A stretch of 64,000 bases of DNA from the human T2T-CHM13v2.0 reference genome, Homo sapiens, in assembly GCF_009914755.1 (NCBI RefSeq), contig NC_060930.1; one strand, given 5' to 3'. The notes under the pieces are model-generated. The model made no database searches, was not told the origin of the DNA, and saw nothing but the letters and a program-made list of their open reading frames with translations. This document shows, piece after piece, positions 59,860 to 64,000 of this stretch. Positions within the stretch are counted from its first letter, which is position 1; each line of letters begins with the position of its first letter. The translations under genes were made by a program, and so were the position numbers.

Positions 59860-60350
59860 GTTTATTTATTTAACTTAATAGACTGTTTTTAGTGCAATTT
59901 TAGGTTAACAGAAAATTGAGTGAAAAGTATGTGGAATTACCATATGACCCCCTCTCCTCTGCAGATAGTTTCTTCTGTTATTAACATCTTGCATTAGTGT
60001 GGTACATTTGTCACAATTGATGAACTAATATTGATACATTATTGTTAACTAAAGTTTATAATTTACATTATGGTTAACTCATTATGTTGCACATTCAATG
60101 GACTTTAAAAACTATAAGGTGACATGCATCTAACATTACAGTATCATACAGAGTAGTTTCACTGCCCTAAAAATGCCCTGTCCTCTATCCCTTTTCCAAA
60201 ACACTTGAAATAGTTGATCTTTTTACTGTCTCCAGAGTTCACCTCTTTCAGAATGTCATATGGTTGGAGACATATAGCCTTTTCATTTTGGATTATTGCA
60301 CTTAACAATCGGCATGTAAGTGTTCTTTGTCTTTAATATAATGGTTTCTA
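59860..60350 (-). mobile_element. L1MC/L1MD 3' end
   Basis: ttaacatcttgcattagtgtggtacatttgtcacaattgatgaac. Confidence 0.75.
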
Positions 60351-60794
60351 TTTTATTATTCAAGTAACATCAGAGGTTGACATTTTATTTCTAAAATGTA
60401 AAAATAAAAATATGTTGGAAGAACAGGAAATAAAAATGGCAAATGAGATGTTTTTGTGCAACATCAAGAATTGTTTTTCTAAGGAATAAAACATAAAATA
60501 TGACTCACTTGGTTTAAATACTTCCTTTACTCCTAAAAAAGTAGTAAAGTTCAAGCCATTTCTTAAAGTGTAATGCTTTTTCTTTGTAAAGTATTGCATT
60601 TTGTACCAAAAATTTTAGGTAATTATTTTTATATGTTCAGTTTAATAATGTAAAAGTTGCATACCTAAGAAATTGTGTTTTATCCAAACAATTGTTAGTT
60701 GGGGAAAGGGAGGGTAAGGACTAGATAACTTTAATCTTGCAATATCAAATGAATTTTACTATAGAAAGTTCAACAGTAATAGTGTTTTAAGGGC

Positions 60795-61010
60795 TGTTAT
60801 GGATTCAATGTGCCCACCCCATTCATATGTTAAAGCCCTAATCCTCAATGTGATTTTATTTGGAGATAGGGCCTGTGAAGAGTGATAAATGTTAAATAAC
60901 CTTGGAAGGGCCCTAATCCAACAGGGCTGGTGTTTTTATAAGAAGAGGAAAAGATACAAGAGCTCTCTCATTCTACCACATTAAGACACAATGAGAAAGC
61001 AGCTGTCTGA
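60795..61010 (+). mobile_element. MLT1A0-like LTR fragment
   Basis: cattcatatgttaaagccctaatcctcaatgtg...tttggagatagggcc. Confidence 0.7.
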
Positions 61011-61109
61011 CCCCATTTGGTCATCCTCTTCATTTTGAGAAATAGAACAAAACTATAGATATTGATGTCACTCTATTATCATCATAAATGTACTTATTTG
61101 GTTTCAAAT

Positions 61110-64000
61110 TCCACTGGTAAATAGCAGAATAGTGGGTTTTATAAGGTGGGGACAAGAATTTCAGGCATTTTTTTTTTTTTTTTGTGAGGGTTAGAGCAGA
61201 CCTCCTTGTATTAGAATATACCGTTTACAGGAGAAATCCAAAACTTGGTCTATTTTAGTTTCTATTTCTGACCTATCTGTTTCCTTAAAGTTTTAGTTTG
61301 ATTATGTTACATTTGGCGTGAGTGACTCCATTTTGGTTTCATCTGGTTTGGTCTGTTGGAGCCTAGTGCATGACTTCCATCAAAAACAATAATCTTCCAT
61401 AATTTTATTTAAAAAATCCACCCCCGTCCCCTCCCCCCCACTTTTTGGCAGATTATCACTTAGGTAAAGTTGTGACCAAAAGCTTAAGGCCTTAGTATGA
61501 CCTTCAGTTACCATCATTTTGGGTTTCTGGTTTCAGTTTGTTATTTTTAATTTATAGTGTCCTTGTGTTCACACATTTCTTTGAGTTTTTGTTGCTCCAG
61601 TTGAAGAGAGATCATTTGACATTCTAGACATGGCTGTATGCAAACATTTAAAAATTTTGAGAGAAGATAATGCAAGAGGGAGACTACTATTATAGCTATC
61701 ATTAGGATAATACCAAAAGTTTGGAATATGCTATTTAGTTAGGGTACCCGTGAACCAAACCAACTATAATCAAATAGATCAAATGATGAGCCAGATAGAG
61801 TTTACCCCTTTTAAACAAGCTGCCTATACATTAATTCCTTACAACTGAATCTCTGTAATACCCAATATATTTTTCCATATGCAACTAGAAGTATCAGCAA
61901 CTACACAGACACTTCTCTGTTCAGCCAGTAAGTCATCTAATGGGAAAGCTATTATACTACCAGAAAACATGCATTAAAAATGGCAACTGAATGAAATTCC
62001 TCTATAGATCTTTAAATGGCCCACTGGCCCATCTGGTAGCAGAAATGTAGCTGAAGTTTTTATTATTAATATTATTCCAGGACTATGAGTTTGAGAAACC
62101 AAACATTGGTCATGAACTATTTTAGCAATTTTGAACAGTCACCACACACAGACACATATACACAAGTGTGTGTTTGTGTACAAACATATATATTTATTTG
62201 ATTTGGATTATTTTATCTCTTTCGTGATAAGTCATGGACTGCAGAGCTTTTAGTGATGAAAGCTTTAAGGACTCAGGAAGGATCAGGTGGCCTTTTGGGT
62301 TCTCCATGAGCCTGTACTTAATATTGGATTTATTTTCTCTTAAATACCACGTTTGTTTCTGCAATTCATGTGTATAACACTGATAACTGATGGGTTATCA
62401 TAGGTAATTTGACTTGGACCATGGAGTTCATTCAAATTGCATATCTTAACAATTTCAGTACTGGCTGATTTAGCATGAAAATCCGGCAAAGTATTTCCTT
62501 GGTATTCAATTATTTTTTGTCCTGCTTGGGTTAACAGTTTTATAAACCATTCACTGTCTTCACTGGAATTCTGGGAATTTTTATGCAGTCCAGATGATAT
62601 GATCCTAAAGTTATCAGATACGTTTTTTAACAAACACACATTTGTATGCCTTTATAACTGCTCATCAAAAACATATTTTCCTTTTGTTTATAACTCTGTA
62701 TATGCAATTGTTTATTCATATTTAGTAGTTTTAATTATATATAAAAATAATAATTTTAACTCTTAGTAACCTTAATTTATAGTGAAAACACTAGAAAGAA
62801 ATTTTGAACTGTTTTGTATCAGTATTTGTAGATGAAAACTATTTTATAATTATTTAGAAAGATGTTTCCTTACATTATTATTTATTAACAGATCTAAATA
62901 TATTTAGCTTTTCTATATCATATAAAAATAAGATGTCAAAATATATAAACATAAACTTATGTTTAATAATTAATGTTTCAGTATTTTAACTTACAAATGA
63001 CTCTGAACTTTTATGATTATCTATTATTTAACATACCGTGACTTTAAGATTTTAAATTACTGAAAATAATTTTGAAACTGTGACACAGTGATATGGTTTG
63101 ACTGTGTCCCCACCCAAATCTCACCTTGAATTGTAGCTCCCATAATTCCCGTGTGTCATGAGAGGGACCCAGTGGGAGGTAATTGAATCATGGGGGTAGG
63201 TTTTTCCAGTGCCATTATTATGATAGTGAATAAGTGTCATGAGATCTGATGGTTTTATAAAGGAAAGTTCTCCTGAACACACTTTCTTGCCTGTTGCCAT
63301 GTAAAACGTGACTTTGCACCTTGTTTGTCTTCAGCCATGATTGTGAGGCCTCCCCAACCATGTGGAACTGTGAGTCCATTAAACCTCTTTCCTTTATAAA
63401 TTACCCAGTCTCAGGTATGTCTTTACCAGCAATGTGAGAACAATCTAATACACACAGCTACATTCCCTAATGTCTTTTCTGGTCATCTTCGGTCTCAAGT
63501 AGCCATGTGGTTTCCAAGATGGCTATGAAGGGCAGAGCCTTTCTGAGACCTGGATTTACATACCAGGTGTAGAGCTCAGGACAGAAGATAGATCTGGGAA
63601 GACTGTGCCTCGAGGATCTGATCCCTCCCAGAATAGCCAGGAGGCAAAGCTAGGGCAGGGAAGAAGGGGCCACATTGGACTTGACTCTGACTTGCAGCAG
63701 CTGGTCTAGACACTGAGAAAATGTCTCCAGGCCTCATGTCCACCTATCCAGACCCCCTAATCCAGGGGCTCAAAACCAAAAAGATAGGCTCACAGTCAAA
63801 CCAATCAAGTGTCCAATATATTTAACCAATAATTTTGAAGCCACTCCTATTTTATCAACAATTCAAAAACTAGCTGTATTTACCAAATATTATCACCTAT
63901 ATATAACACATACATAGACATAACAGACACACAGACAGAAGCAGATCTTATAGATTTATAAGATTCTTCATTTGCCAGTTTTCAAAGTTTCCCTCTCCAC
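61110..64000 (-). mobile_element. MER31-like ERV1 (MER4 group): LTR ~61110-61413 plus internal sequence running off the window
   Basis: gtgactccattttggttt...gcctagtgca...ccataatttt LTR end; polypurine tract; MER4-group internal sequence. Confidence 0.65.
63089..63452 (+). mobile_element. THE1 (B/C-like) solo LTR with 5-bp TSD cacag
   Basis: tgatatggtttg...ctaataca; cacag at 63084-63088 and 63453-63457. Confidence 0.92.

Overview
Primate (human-like), AT-rich, repeat-dense genomic DNA with no intact protein-coding gene, RNA gene or CRISPR array. The longest ORFs in the supplied track are L1/Alu remnants. The main unexplained signal is the fossil of a large spliced gene on the minus strand. 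About 30 AG/GT-bounded exons run from ~43.3 kb down to ~3.35 kb and probably off the left edge. They chain with compatible splice phases into roughly 1,000+ codons interrupted by scattered, TGA-rich stops. The reconstructed protein begins with a signal-peptide-like segment and an RRKR furin-like site. It also contains a BioD/SIMIBI-type P-loop-like motif (IIVVTGTDEG*GKT) that only forms when two exons are spliced. I cannot assign it to a known gene; it looks like an old unitary pseudogene. One intron carries nested retroelements: a TSD-bounded L1MA contains a full-length L1PA7 with a ~1.4 kb 3' transduction polyadenylated at a captured MLT1 signal, and that L1PA7 is itself hit by an LTR10-like element. 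A weaker plus-strand exon-like relic lies at 55-60 kb, and an MER31/ERV1 provirus with a THE1 insertion occupies the right end. Repeat subfamily names are from recalled consensus sequences, not a database search.
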